Assembly: GCA_964035545.1 (NCBI GenBank)
Contig: OZ037772.1
Coordinates: 1,860,001 to 1,924,000, forward strand
Source of the DNA: Bugula neritina
Taxonomy: Eukaryota; Animalia; Bryozoa
Direction: 5' to 3'
DNA: 64,000 nucleotides
Shown here: piece by piece, positions 1 through 13,570 of the stretch
Position numbering within the stretch: the stretch's first letter is position 1
How the letters are laid out: every line of letters begins with the position of its first letter
Notes under the pieces: generated by a model
The model's database searches: none
What the model was told of the DNA's origin: nothing
What the model saw: only the letters and a program-made list of their open reading frames with translations
Translations under genes and position numbers: made by a program

Positions 1-479
1 GTGTGATGGTTATGTTTATCAAAATCTAAAATGAACATATCAAAATTGTGCAGCAAAAATTGTGCCAGTACAAAAACAACATTTATGTATTCACCAGAAC
101 TTTTCTTTAGAATAGATGTAAAAATAACCTGTCAATTGCTCTGAGGCAGCTTTTTTCAACTCATCACTTATATTTTCAGCTTGGTCTAACAGGTTTGTGA
201 CAATTCTAAAAGATTGAACAAATTCAATATTGTGTATGGAGAAAACTGATTAAAAACCAAGCTACAAAACTCATCATAGTTAGTATAACATGCACTTACT
301 TTCTTGACGCCTTTTCAATCATCGTTTTTCAAGTTGCAAATTGTTTCAGTACCATTTTTGATTTTATCTTCCTCGATACCTTTTTCTGCCAAAGCCTCAA
401 GTTGGGATAAACAGACTGAATAGCTTTATTCATCGTTATCCATGGTCTATAAATCATTTTAAACAAATATTTTCAACTT

Positions 480-3400
480 GTTAATGGTTATGCATATATT
501 TTTATATTTTGAGAATGACCATTATGAACATCTTATTTTCAACTATGACTAGGACACTCATAGTAATAGTGAACCCTAATTATCTATACACCAATATTGT
601 TCACTACATTCTTAACAGTTAAATACATATAATAATATTCAGAAACATAATATACCCCGTGTTAATTAGCTATATGCAATTTCACCAGCTCCAGGCTAGG
701 ATCCCAATTCATTGCAAAACTTCTTTTTATTACTATTGCGTCGATTATAAGTGAGTAAATACTTATAGTTATACTCATAGTGTTTTCATCAAGAATGAAC
801 CTAAATTGTAGTTAGTTAGTCACTCACACTGGGTAACTTTTAAATTTATTGCATTATGATTATAATTATTGGAACAGAAAACAACGAAGTTCCAAATTGA
901 AAGAGAAAGAATCAGTACTGTAAGTGATTATAACTAAATATAAGTTAACGGACTGAGACTACCATTAGATTTTTCTTAGTAAACAAACGCATAATCAATT
1001 AATAATGAAATATAACTTGATACCAACTCATAGTCATAGGGCGTAGTGATAGTCATAAAAATTATCTATTACAGCATTAGATTAGACTTACTCTTACTAC
1101 CTACTGGTAATACTAATTGAGTAATCAGTAATAGTAATAACTAACTATTAAGGTATTAGACATCAGAACTACTAGTAGGTCTACTAGTACTACTACTAGT
1201 AACTAGAGTACTACTACTACTACTAGTACTACTGTACTACTACTACTACTACTAGTACTACTACGTCTACTGTACTAGTAGTAATAATAATTTATATCAA
1301 AAATGAGCACATTGTTTTACTAATAATATTATCAACCTAATAGCAATAGTACCAACCTGATTCGTAATGGGTTTTCTTGAAGAATGGAACTAGATTGTAA
1401 TTACTAACATGTGTATACTGTACATACTAAATTAGTCTCTAATAATATATTATTATGAAACTTATGATTATCGCCCCATTTGCGGAGCAGTTAGGCCGAA
1501 TTTATTATGAACACAAGAGGCGAGTAAGCTTGCGCAGATAAATTACTGGCCACTATGATAGACTAGACCTGTTTTGACCGAATATCGGTTTTACTTGAAC
1601 CTCGCCCCAAGGTCCAATGCCTAATCGGAGTCCGCTGCTCCTTTGATCAAATGACCCAAAGATCCAATTTAAATTAGGAATACCATAGGCGTACTCAAAC
1701 TTATAGGCTAGGGCATATGCATGGTTATTATTGAAAAATAGATTAATAATTATTAGTAATACTACTACTAATAGTAATACTAATACGAATGCACTAATGG
1801 TAATAGTTATAATGTCACGATTAGACATTACATTTGCTCTTACTCTTAGTTAATGTTATACTTATAATAATAATAATCATATTTATAAATATGAATATCA
1901 CTCTCTCTCTGACTCTCACTCTAAGTCTAAGTCTATCAGTATCACTATCAGTATCACTGCCAGTATAGCTATAACTATTACTATAAGTATCACTCAATCA
2001 GTTTCATTATGACTATGATAAAATCATAAAATGATAAATAATTCACTGATAGTCATAGTGATAACAGTTACTGATTAGAGTGATATTAAATTAGTAATCA
2101 GCATAAATGTGGGTATAACTATCACTGTAGTACTCTTAATCATAATCATAATGATTATGATAATCATAATGGTAGTGATATGAGTATCACTATCAGTATG
2201 GGACCAACTAATACTAATAGTAATACTGTAAAGTGTAATACTAATACTAATAGTGATAGTATCAAATCGAAATTGATCAATAGTAAATATAGTTATACTT
2301 AAACTTAAAGACTTATACTTATAGTAGTAATACTAATAGTAATAGTTATGCTTATAGTATTAGAACCTTATACTATGTCTATAGTCTATGACGGTATGAC
2401 ATACCCATAAATGGTGATGTCTAAGTCCTACTTTAAAGTAGCAGTTAAACTTAAAGTTTGATATTCTACTCTGTATAACTGAGACTGAGTATCATACACC
2501 TTACATGTCATGCTGAGTATCATTATGATTATCACTTTAGGTTTATGAGTATCACTTTCAGTAAGATACTCATACTGTGACTATGAGTTATACTTATAGT
2601 CATACCCCGATACCCATACTTCTACTACTAGTGATCTACTCCTACTCCTAGTTCTACGGGCAAGGCTACTCACTCATATTCATAGTCATAGTAATTGATA
2701 GTGGTGTAACCTAAACTAATACAATAACCAATGCCAAAAGACAAGGTAAAGCTAAAATTAAAAGTAGAAACCTAAGGGTCATAAATCATATATGTAATGG
2801 TGTTTTAGTTTATGTTTGTTTATGCTCATTTTATGTTTATGCTACCAAGTACCAACTCATCAGTCACTTAGTTTTATAGTGATAATTATACTTATACTTA
2901 TAGCCTACGCCCTATAGCTTATTTAATTTTGACTCTACCTTGCCCTTTGGCATTGATTTAGTTTTGATTAAATTGTTATATTTAATGTTTTTCATGAACT
3001 TTATGAAGTTTTATTGATAAGTTATCATATAGTAATACTAATAGTAATAGTGATAATTGTATCATAATGATGATATTGATATATAAAATATTATGACCAT
3101 CAATGTATCACTGTGAATGTAATAATTTTTATATAAGTAAATTAATTTACTATTAAATAAAACTTGTGCAAGTTTATAGTTGGCATCCCTGTGAGAAACC
3201 CCTGATGGGAAAGGTTTTTTTGTTAAATGGGGCTAAGGAATTATTTATTTGGAGCATAGGAGCAATTATGACTGGATGCTTTTCCTAACAAATGGCAGTA
3301 ATGAAAAATTGAATATGATTGTTATCTAATCATTATGTGAGGTTAACCTTTATGTTAGGAATCTCAATAGCACGAGCATACAATTCAATCATCGCCATGT

Positions 3401-4300
3401 TGGCTGTGATTTTCTTAATCATACTTATTAAGTTTGCAGTTTTTGATATTTGATGGATATAGTATTCATAATAATAGTCACTTAAATTTGATGGTAATAT
3501 TGATCAATAAATTTCAAGTACACTGACTAAATCTAATGACTACTGGTAATGAAACTAACGACACTCAAACTGATTTGCCTCAAGACTGAACTATGTTTTC
3601 TAAGTGATGACAGACTAAGATTAAGTTTAATAATAGGGCAGTAGTACATTTAACTAGAAGTATAAGCTAAAGTATACAACCATAAGTGAGTAACCATGAT
3701 GTTATCTCGACCAACGCAATCTCAATACTAATACCTGATTTATTGAGAATGTTACTATATATTTGAGTATGAGTATGTAACTGTATCAATATGATGAAAC
3801 TTATACAGTTATGCACATAGTGCTAGTGAAAGTATCTCAAACCGTTGCAAAATCCAACTTTATTCAAAACTTTGCTACAAATACTTGAGTTTTAATTTTA
3901 AGGTTGATCATAAAGGGTTAAAATTATTGTGAATAAATTTATTTTAACTGTTCATTTTGCTTCAAAATTATCTTTTAATTCAATGAAGTTTTAATGAATA
4001 TTAATTTATTTATATTTCAACAAGTCACTGTTTTAATTAATATAGGTATAAGTTTAGGTATCTAATAACTTTAACCATCATTACATTCATCATTTTTAAT
4101 TTTTATGCCAATTGCTAAATTATAATACCCATACTGATATCACCACTATTGAATTATTTTTCTCATTCACCTATGTTTGTAATACGGTTATTGCTTGTTA
4201 GTTAGTAGCATATATAACAACTATAGTAATAGCTATAACTACAAGCATATTTAATATGCTAAGGTATATTGAGAGATTGTCATAAATATCTCAGTGATCA
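480..4300. repeat. Cryptic low-complexity tract built from 3/6-nt words (TAG/TAA/TAC/CAT/AGT), including short (TAC)n runs
   Basis: Dense reshuffled words such as actcat, agtaat, tagtga, agtatc; (TAC)n-like run at ~1170-1285; no fixed tandem unit. Confidence 0.6.
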
Positions 4301-4989
4301 TATGCATGACACCCTTAGCATTCATGTCTTGAACATCTAGCCATGGATCCCTTTATATTGTTTTCAGTGTTGAATGCCCATCCTGCATGAATGCTTTGCC
4401 TTCATTTGGGAGGTGGTAAATTGATTGGATTTTATGTAAAATTCCTTAAGCTCTTGTTTCAGGACATCCTCAAACCTTAGATATAAGTTCTTCTAGCTGG
4501 ATGAGTTCCTTTTGATATTAATGCATGCAATCGAGTGCGGTGGATGAGATACTTTGGCATGTTGACCAGCCCAGTGAAGACAGAAGAAATTCAGTTTTGA
4601 CGATGGAGAATCCGGGTCTGTGATTTCAAATACATCTTCATTTACCATTTTATCTTCCCAGATTTTACTCAACATGCATTTTAAACTCCAGGTATGAAAA
4701 GTGCTGAGCTTTGATTCTTGCAGTCCACATGTTGCCCATTTTTTTCATCCACAAGGAAGAATGCTGAGAACACAAAATGCGTAGACTTTTCTATTGGCGT
4801 GAATATTAGGGTGTTTGTCCATATTTGCTAGTTCACAAAGCGGAATTATTTTGGTATTTGTCATATCCTGCAGAGCCCATTTAAATGTTTGAGCAGAAAA
4901 AGTAAAAATAAATATTTTGCAGTGTGTTTACTGTTTTGATGATGGTTTTAGGGAAACATCTAGATTTACCATTCATGTACTTGTGACAG

Positions 4990-5389
4990 GCCTGTGTTTC
5001 AGCGATTATAGGAGAGTATAATTTTTCTTTAATAGAAATTGAGTCATGCAAGGGAAGCTGGTTTCCTTACTTTATTAAGCAAAATTTGCTATCACAACAA
5101 CAGAAGTGTTGCTAGCCTTGATTTGGAAACATTTTATATTTATAACTCTGAAGCTTATTTTGAGACATTTGGCTGCTTGTTGGATAGATTGCATAGCATC
5201 TTTACTTGCACTAATACTTAGAAGCATTTACTTGGTTTTCCTATAGTTTTATTTTGAATGTTTTTATGATATATTGCAGAACTGTGGGTTCATTCTACTT
5301 GTAAGTATATTCCATAGGTCTAACTCAAACCCTGTGAATTTTCAAGTTACTATGGCAAGCTATGATGAAAGAAATGCTAAACTGGACAG
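4990..5389 (+). pseudogene. Possible degraded Ulp1/C48-peptidase-like exons (transposon accessory gene relic)
   Basis: AG/GT-bounded segments translating ...ICYHNNRSVASLDLETFYIYNSE... and ...NCGFILLVSIF..., loosely like the C48 HW..DL...IYYYDS and DCG motifs; stops present. Weak. Confidence 0.2.
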
Positions 5390-6654
5390 GTAATAGAAAA
5401 GAAAGTCCGATAATTTTTTTAATTGCAATTTAAATTACTTAGCTTGCATTACTCAGCAGTATGGTAGCAGTGGTAGAACCAGCAGCAGTAGTAGATCATA
5501 GTATAGTAGTATTGATAAAATGATTGATAGATTAGAACTGTAATTTTGAATATTAAAAATATGACAATGCCACTGTGCGCCATAAATTTCTTGTTGGCCA
5601 TTAAAATCAGCCATTAAATCAGTTTTCTTTTGGCTAGAACAAGCACTGCTGCCTGGACATAGTAATATATTATATGTATGGACTGTATGTTAATTATATG
5701 TAGAGGAATTATTTTTGCTAGCTTTATTAAAAAACCCTGCTTGTTTCTCATATTATTGTATTGTCAGTTTCAGCAATTTCAGGCCAGATAAATTTAAATT
5801 ATACCTTGCAAATTTTAGGCCTGTTCCAGTCTACCTGTCAACACATTTGTTTGATCTAATCTAATTATGATGGCCTTCCAAGCAATGTAGTTAGCAAAAG
5901 TGAGAGAACTAATATTGCTTTTTCAGCCTATATTATGTTTAAAACCAGTAAAATAATAGAAATCATGAAACTAGTAATAGGCAATCCTATAATGCTGTTT
6001 AATAAACTTATTTGCGCTGTTACTTTAGTGATTTCGACGCTGTTTTATAAATTATTAGCAATCTTTCAAAGATGAATAAATATACATTTTCTTTTAGTAT
6101 GTCACCAATTGGAATATTTTGACCTGTATACCTATCTAGTGGAGATGTTAATTTGTAAACATATTGGTTTTGCCAAGATTATTGATTAAAGCAGTTGCTG
6201 AAAGCCAAAATAAAATGCTAACCAAAGTTCATATCTAGTGGGCTACAATTTGCCAACTTCTATAAAGCATATAATAGCTAGTAATTGTTTCTATGCTGTA
6301 CCACTTGACGGTCTGTTCTCTTTTACCTTACTCTATATTATGCTGTATAAATTCTAGCACACTTATCTGGTTTTTAATCATTTCTTGCACCATATGCCAA
6401 TAATTTTTACATAGATGCATACAATCGGACAGCTGGATGGCCTGGCCATTGTGGAGAAGCATCATAACCACCTGCTTGGTGTTGGAGCTGAGTGCATATC
6501 AAGGTGGGTAGCACAACTTCTTAGTTCATAAGTAGCAGCCTAGTTTTTTAAAAGGTTTGACTATATTAAAATATAAACATTTTGTTATTGCACTAATACA
6601 ATGATAAAATGAGCAAACAGTTTCCAATATAACTTGCTGCTGGTAAGATTTACA

Positions 6655-7179
6655 GTACTTGTAGTAGAAACAATATTAGTAGTGGTGGTGGCGGCAGTAG
6701 TGGTAAAAGTAGTAGTAGCAGCAGTACTGGTAGTAGTAGCAGTAGTAGTACTAGTTAGTAGTAGTAGTAGTAGTAGTAGAAGTAGTAGCAGCAGCAGCAG
6801 TAGCAGTAGTAGCAGCAGTAGTAGTAGCAGTAGTAGAAGTAGTAGTAGCAGTAGTAGTAGTAGCAGTAGTAGTAGCAGTAGTAGAAGTAGTAGCAGCAGC
6901 AGTAGCAGTAGTAGTAGCAGTAGTAGAAGTAGTAGCAGCAGCAGCAGCAGCAGCAGTAGCAGTAGTAGCAGCAGTAGTAGTAGTAGTAGCAGTAGTAGAA
7001 GTAGTAGTAGCAGTAGTAGTAGTAGCAGTAGTAGTAGCAGTAGTAGAAGTAGTAGCAGCAGCAGTAGCAGTAGTAGTAGCAGTAGTAGAAGTAGTAGCAG
7101 CAGCAGTAGCAGCAGTAGTAGTAGTAGTAGTAGTAGTAGCAGTAGTAGTAGTAGTAGTAGTAGCAGTAGTAGCAGTAGC

Positions 7180-7231
<52 letters not shown>

Positions 7232-7295
7232 TAGTAGCAGTAGTATAGTAGTAGAAGTAATAATAATAAAATAATAACATTATTAGTAGTAGTGG
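6655..7295. repeat. Compound (AGT)n/(AGC)n trinucleotide microsatellite
   Basis: Directly visible; gives rise to the poly-L/S/T pseudo-ORFs. Confidence 0.98.
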
Positions 7296-8402
7296 TGAAG
7301 TTGCTTTTGATTCTGACGTTAGTACTGTTAGTGGTAGAGATGGTGTTGGTAGAAATAGGATTAGTGGTTGTGCACTCATAGTTAAAGGCATAAAGCATAA
7401 ACCAGAATTGAATACATATATAACATAGATATGATATGACTCCTTATTTATATTGATTTACTATCTTGCATGAACATGGCATTTTCGCTATCAACATTAG
7501 TGTTTGTATTATACACTTTCACTAAACAAGCTTGTTAAATTTATAAAAAATTATGTAGGTGATGACTTTTGCATATCTGTGTTTAATTTTAAAAATATCA
7601 TGTTGCATAATTATTTTTTAGGTGTCTGGTGAGCGGACGACTTCATTTTCGGCTGCTTCATGGCACTTTTATTTTCGGAAAAGATGTAACCACTTGTAAA
7701 ATCAGTTTTTTTATGGTGAACTAAACAATATAATGTTTAACGAAATTCTTTTTTGGTTAAAAATAAAGGTATACTGTCTTTGGCTTTCTGTTATTTCTAT
7801 ATTGTGTTCTTCTGTTGCTATGTGTAATTGATGAGATGACTCCAAACTCTTGCACATCCGCCACAATAAAGTAGATAATTTTGCTATGTGCATCAAGATT
7901 TTGTTATAAGTAGATATAGTTTTGCAATGATAGTGTTGATGCTGCAGCAGGTAACATTCTAGTAGGATAAACCAAACAGAATTTAAGCTAAAACATTCTA
8001 AAAAAATACAGGATTGCTTGAGCCACCTTACCTTTGCTTTTTTCTAGGCAAAAGTTGTTAGCTAAATAATAAAAAGACAAATTAATGATTTCTGTGAGAG
8101 TTGTCTACTACAAAAATTACGTAGCAGATCATCATTAGTAACCATAACAACACGTACATGTTTACAGCACTCATGTGCTCTCTTTGTTCTGATTCGTCAA
8201 CAGTAGCGCCCTAGACAGTCGATGTTATCGCACGAAAATATATTGTTTATTGCGGCTAATATCGCGAAATGGCAAAATGAGGATCGACCCTGACAGTCGT
8301 AAAAGCCGTGTGATGCACTGCTGCCATCTTGGAGTCAAAACTTTTCCTTTTCTCGCGTGGGGTAGTTGTGCCTGCATCTCCACAGGAAAAAGCAGTATTA
8401 AC

Positions 8403-8564
8403 ATTACTGGCTCCACCCACATTACTGGCTCTACCCACATTACCGGCTCCATCCACATTACTGGCTCCACCCATCTTACTGGCTCCACCCACCTTACTGG
8501 ATTCACCCACATTACTGGCTCCACCCACCTTACTGGGTTCACCCACATTACTGGCTCCACCTAC
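8403..8564. repeat. 18-bp minisatellite (ATTACTGGCTCCACCCAC), ~9 copies
   Basis: Directly visible tandem unit. Confidence 0.95.
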
Positions 8565-9645
8565 ATTGCTATCACCTGAAACAATAATTTATAATATATA
8601 ACACAAAAACAATTTTATTAAGAACTTATTGATGTTATTGATGTTGAGTTCTACTCTGTACTTCTCCTTCAGCTGTTCATCACATCTCAACAGTACAATA
8701 GATCAATAATTTAAAGATTAAAATTTAATTTAATAAATAATTTTAAACGCTATATCACTGAATAATACATAGCTTGAAAATGAAACTACAACACAATAAT
8801 TTTTAGCTATGTGTCAAAGTTCTATGAAATAAGTTATATATAAGCAGCAGAATTAGTCAATCTATAAACCTGAGTCTCTGTATAACTTGGTTTTCTCTTC
8901 ACTTTATTGTAATGGTACACAAATAGGAAGCATATTGTAAATTGATCTCAAAATGTTGTTAGGGTTCGCATTTGAAATAATAACTTTAGCCGAAAACCCT
9001 GTCAAGAAAAAAGCTTTTTCTAGTAGGTGCAGCAGTACACAAGTTTTATCAGTACCAAGTTGCGTGTACACCTCTACTGAAAAAACATTTTTTCTTTAGG
9101 TAATCTGAAAACCCAACTTAGGCTATGTGGAGACAACTTTTGTTTATTTGAATTTATGACATGGTTACTTGAGAAAGACATTCTTTCAACTTTTTAGGAG
9201 TACTTTGATGAAATTTGTCTAAATTACACAAAAATTCTGCTGACTTTTATATAATGGTAAGACAACAATTTGACTGGTACTTCCTATCAGCTACAAGAGT
9301 TTGGACTTCATCAGCCATGTTGATGGCGGACTTGTGTTCTTGTAATACAGAAGGCAGTATATCAGCTCAACTAACCAATGACTTGCAGCACAGAGCAGGC
9401 TAAGACTGTAGGCATTGTCAAAGCTTTTAGTGAAATGTTCTTGATGAAAGCTTTTGGCAATAGCTTTCTGGCTGTTAACTTTTTGTTGAGTTGTCATCCT
9501 GCATCTGTGCATCTACACCATTCAGCATTCTCACTCACATTAACAATTATTTTGCACCTTCTAATTAAAGGAAAAGGAATAGAGAAATAAGTAGTACAGC
9601 CAACTAAGTCTGCCTCAATTCTGTCTTTACTAAAACCTGATTGCA

Positions 9646-10022
9646 TACAGTGTAAGTATACTGTGTAGGTATACAGTGTAAGTATACTGTGTAGGTATAT
9701 AGTGTAAGTATACTGCGTAGGTATATAGTGTAAGTATACTGTGTAGGTATACAGTGTAAGTATACTGTGTAGGTATATAGTGTAAGTATACTGCGTAGGT
9801 ATATAGTGTAAGTATACTGTGTAGGTATACAGTGTAAGTATACTGTGTAGGTATATAGTGTAAGTATACTGCGTAGGTATATAGTGTAAGTATACTGTGT
9901 AGGTACACAGTGTAAGTATACTGTGTAGGTATATAGTGTAAGTGTACTGTGTAGGTACACAGTGTAAGTATGTAGTGTAGGTATGTAGTGTAAGTATACT
10001 GTGTATGTAAACAGTGTAAGTA
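9646..10022. repeat. 26-bp minisatellite (AGTGTAAGTATACTGTGTAGGTATAY), ~14 copies
   Basis: Period 26 (ctgtgtagg at 9661 and 9687). Confidence 0.95.
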
Positions 10023-10053
10023 TGTAGTATGTAGTATGATACTGCTATTCTAG

Positions 10054-12164
10054 TAAACTGAATGGTGAAAACGTGACTAGGGAAAGAGACAGCACGTCAC
10101 AAGACCGCTGTATACAGGTGTCCTTGCCGAAGTGACTCCCCTCTCAACTACCGCATAGCATATAAACCCACAAATTACTCTACACCACCATCTTCTGTCC
10201 TACAGTCTCAGTCTAACCAACCAATGGTAAGTCATAACCAACTTCTGTCAGTCACTCATTCAACATGGTGCATTCTGATTGCATCAATTATACATCTGTT
10301 GAGTACTACTGCGTGCTGTAGAACGGTTCCGACTTGCAAGGAGCGGATGGTGGTGAGGAGTTTCTGATTGACGATTCAGATGAAGATATGTCCCTGGACC
10401 CTCTGACTCCGTCTGTAGAATACTCAAAGAGCTGTCCAATCATGACGAGAGGTTAGTCTTTCATCAAATAGTTGCTTTCGGCTTGTTAAATAAATAAACG
10501 CTGCTGACATAATGAACAGTTTTAAAATAGTGCAGGCTGACTTATCCCGATGTATACATGTATGGTTTGCTATATGGTCAGTGTCAAATGTGTATGTATA
10601 AACATAAAGAAAGAATACAAGCATTGGAAGACCTGATTTGTATGGCTAGAAAAGGTGGTAATGATGCCAGATGGGATGAACATTTTGAAACATTACTCTT
10701 ACTGTTGATTGAGACTCTACGAGACAGAGATGTAAAACAGGTTTATTAAATTAATGAAGTTTTCTTCTCTTGTCATGTTTTAAATAGCAGACAGTTAGTT
10801 GTTGTTCTGCTGTTACGACTTAATTAAGCTGATACATGTTGTATTTAGGAATTGATAAGAACCAGTGCCTTGAAAGTGCTCCGATAGCTGATCAAGTGGG
10901 AGAAACACCGATTTGATAGCTATGCTGAACTCACCATATACAATATCATACAAGCTCATGAGGATGCCAGTAAGTGGGTGAGAACTTTTTCCTCCAGTAA
11001 TCCTGCTCATTGAAATAGACGTTACAGTACTGGTGATTCATATTAAAATAAATTTCTTGTTTTAAGCTTTTAGTGCTGTTGCTTGTGATGGTGAGAGCAC
11101 TGTGTTGACTATAAACCTTTAGGTGTACCGAGCAGCTGAGGAGTGTGCTATAACACTGGCCATGTCACTGAAGCCTGAGCACTCTGTCGTAGTACTGGCT
11201 AAACTAACGGGCAGTCTTGAGTACCCACTATCTGTAGTCGCTACAAAGACACTCACACATGTTATTGAACAAATGAGTGAAGAATCCTTAATCAAAGTTA
11301 TTCAACAGCTGATACCAGGTCTTATTAAGGTATTACGCTATGGCTCTTGTAAAGTTTACTGACAAACGTTAAGTCATCTGTTGAGATATGTCACTAGTTT
11401 CTAGGATTTTATTTCTACTCGGTGTAAAAAATGTTGTAAGTTGGTCTCACTAGTGTAAACTGTAGTTGTGATTAACTTCTATGGCTTTTACAGAGCTATG
11501 AGCATGAAGAGTGCAGGTGCAGGAAAGCTAGTTACTCCGCTTTGGTCGCTCTTTACATGAAAATAGAAGATAATCTCAAGCCATATTTGTCTGTACTAAC
11601 AAGCAGCAAGGTAGGCCATCAGTTCTTCACAAAAAACATGTTTGAAACTAAACTATAAAGATCTGCTGAGAATAAGTGCCTCTTACTTGCACTCTAGTAA
11701 ACAGTAAATCTAATGAATGTATATTTTATCTAAAATCGTATGTTTTGAACTGCCCCTAGCACATTTATAACCAATGAGTTTTGGTAACAACATTTTTGTT
11801 TTAGTCATTTTTATATGATAGTTTTTATACTTGGCTCAATAATTGAATTTACTACTTGTCTAAATAATGCATCAGAAAAATGCAAAATAAATGTTATTTT
11901 CAATATTAAAAGTAGATTTCGCCTCCCACGTCTAACATCACACATTTATAGAGTTGGCTATTAAATGACCAAGTCTTTGGTATGAATAAACTGGACAGTA
12001 TTTGGCTAATGACTATACACTGTACCATCATTATTGACTCTGTGGTTGGCACCACATTTCCCAGACTATTCTATCTTTTGTAGCTGAAACTTCTCAATCT
12101 ATATATTAAGAGAGCAGAAGAAAAGCCTGCAGAGCTTCACCACGACACTATCACAAAGAAATAA
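10054..12164 (+). pseudogene. CLASP: Intron-containing (non-processed) pseudogene fragment of CLASP (CLIP-associating protein), C-terminal linker plus CLIP-interacting HEAT domain
   Basis: Exons ~10054(or 10118)-10226, 10322-10451, 10602-10731, 10849-10977, 11123-11329, 11494-11610, 12084-12164 give ...ILKELSNHDER HKERIQAL...WDEHFETLLLLLIETLRD...YAELT...RAAEECA...YPL...IPGLIK SY...RKA...LKPYLS.LTSSK LKLLNLYIKRA, matching the CLASP C-terminus. Lesions: 1-nt frameshift at ~10400, acceptor AG>AA at 10600-10601, in-frame TAG at 10885-10887. No N-terminal TOG exons seen. Confidence 0.9.
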
Positions 12165-12965
12165 GTTACTTAAGAATTACTTCCCTATATTTACAAGAAT
12201 TAGATGTCGAGAGCCAGCTATGCCTCAGTTGACAACAAGATAGGAGACGGCCCACGGTTCTACCGTCAACGCTAAGGGTGCCATGAAAAATATGAAGAAA
12301 ATTATCCTCAACATGTAGACATTGCATCACCAGTCAGAGCAAATGTCAAGGTTAAACTCTGTTTCCTGTTGATGGACTTCCTTCTTGAATATCAGCTGTA
12401 CCTTTATCTTGTATAGATATTTTAATTATATTCTCCTTGTATGATTAGGAAAATAGTTTGGATACAAATGTCACAATTTACTCTTTATTGTTTATGTGCT
12501 TTTGAAAATCATGTTTGGTAAATATTATGTTGCTGTGATTAATTGTTTAATAATAATAGATAATGATTATTCAATAATTACTTCTTCTAAAATTCCCTCA
12601 GGGCGTTGCATGTTGTCTATTTTAAAGAGAAAGTAAAGCGTTGCCTATAAACAAACAAATGGAGCAGCCGTGATTTAGGGTAAACACAATGTCAATGATT
12701 TGAATCTTTGGTAAACAATAAGACATTTTCATAATGACCATAGAAAGCTCCATTTACATGTTTGTCACAAACAATATTTGTACATGCTTACTTTATTTAA
12801 GTGGTCCATTTCATGATAAAAATTCAGCATCCACAAAGAAAGCTATTAAAAAGTAGCTTATGAGAGTGCAAGGGATATGATATGAGGAACACAATTAGAG
12901 TAGAAAAACAAAACAATATCTATAATTGGTAGGGAATTAACAAACAGCCAATGCCAAATAGTGAC

Positions 12966-13100
12966 TATGTATATGTGTATGTATTTATGAATATATATAT
13001 GTATGTTCATATGTATGTACATATATATGTAGATATATATGTAGATATATATATATACATATATATGTAGATATATATGTAGATATATATATATACGTAG

Positions 13101-13135
<35 letters not shown>
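12966..13135. repeat. Interrupted (AT)n microsatellite
   Basis: Directly visible. Confidence 0.97.
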
Positions 13136-13570
13136 GAACACAGTATATTAGGTGGATCTGCTGAGTCGACAACCATTAATTCTATACAAATTCAAACCCA
13201 GAATATTGAGGTGTGTCTATTTGTTCTGAAAGTTGTATGTAGTTGTTTTTATAAACTTTGCATGTACCACATTAAAATTTATTTTATTTAAAAAAATTCA
13301 ACATTTGTTATGCAAATTTTGCCAGCAAATGACTAAAAAAATTATTTGATTTTTTGAAAATTTAGCAGGAAAAGTAACTCCTAAATAAAGTGACTGGCCC
13401 ATGCTATGTCCTATTGATTTTAATATTGAACGCATGATGTAATTATGTAATATTTAGCATTTAAACTATCATCCCTTGTTTGTAAACAGGCACAATGTGG
13501 TCTTCAGTCTCTACTGATGTTTTATTGGTAAAACTGTCGTGAAAACTACAATTAGTGAAATTTTAAATAT

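Noticed and set aside
129-445. Minus-strand exon pair at the window start
   Set aside because: Splice-like boundaries exist but frames contain stops and no family is recognisable.
1553-1828. Hydrophobic 91-aa membrane protein
   Set aside because: Hydrophobic N-terminus derives from TAG/TAA/TAC low-complexity sequence.
6585-7398. Long poly-Leu/Ser/Thr ORFs (likewise the YI-, SL-, HITGST- and YTYTV-repeat ORFs elsewhere)
   Set aside because: Open frames are by-products of stop-free micro- and minisatellites.
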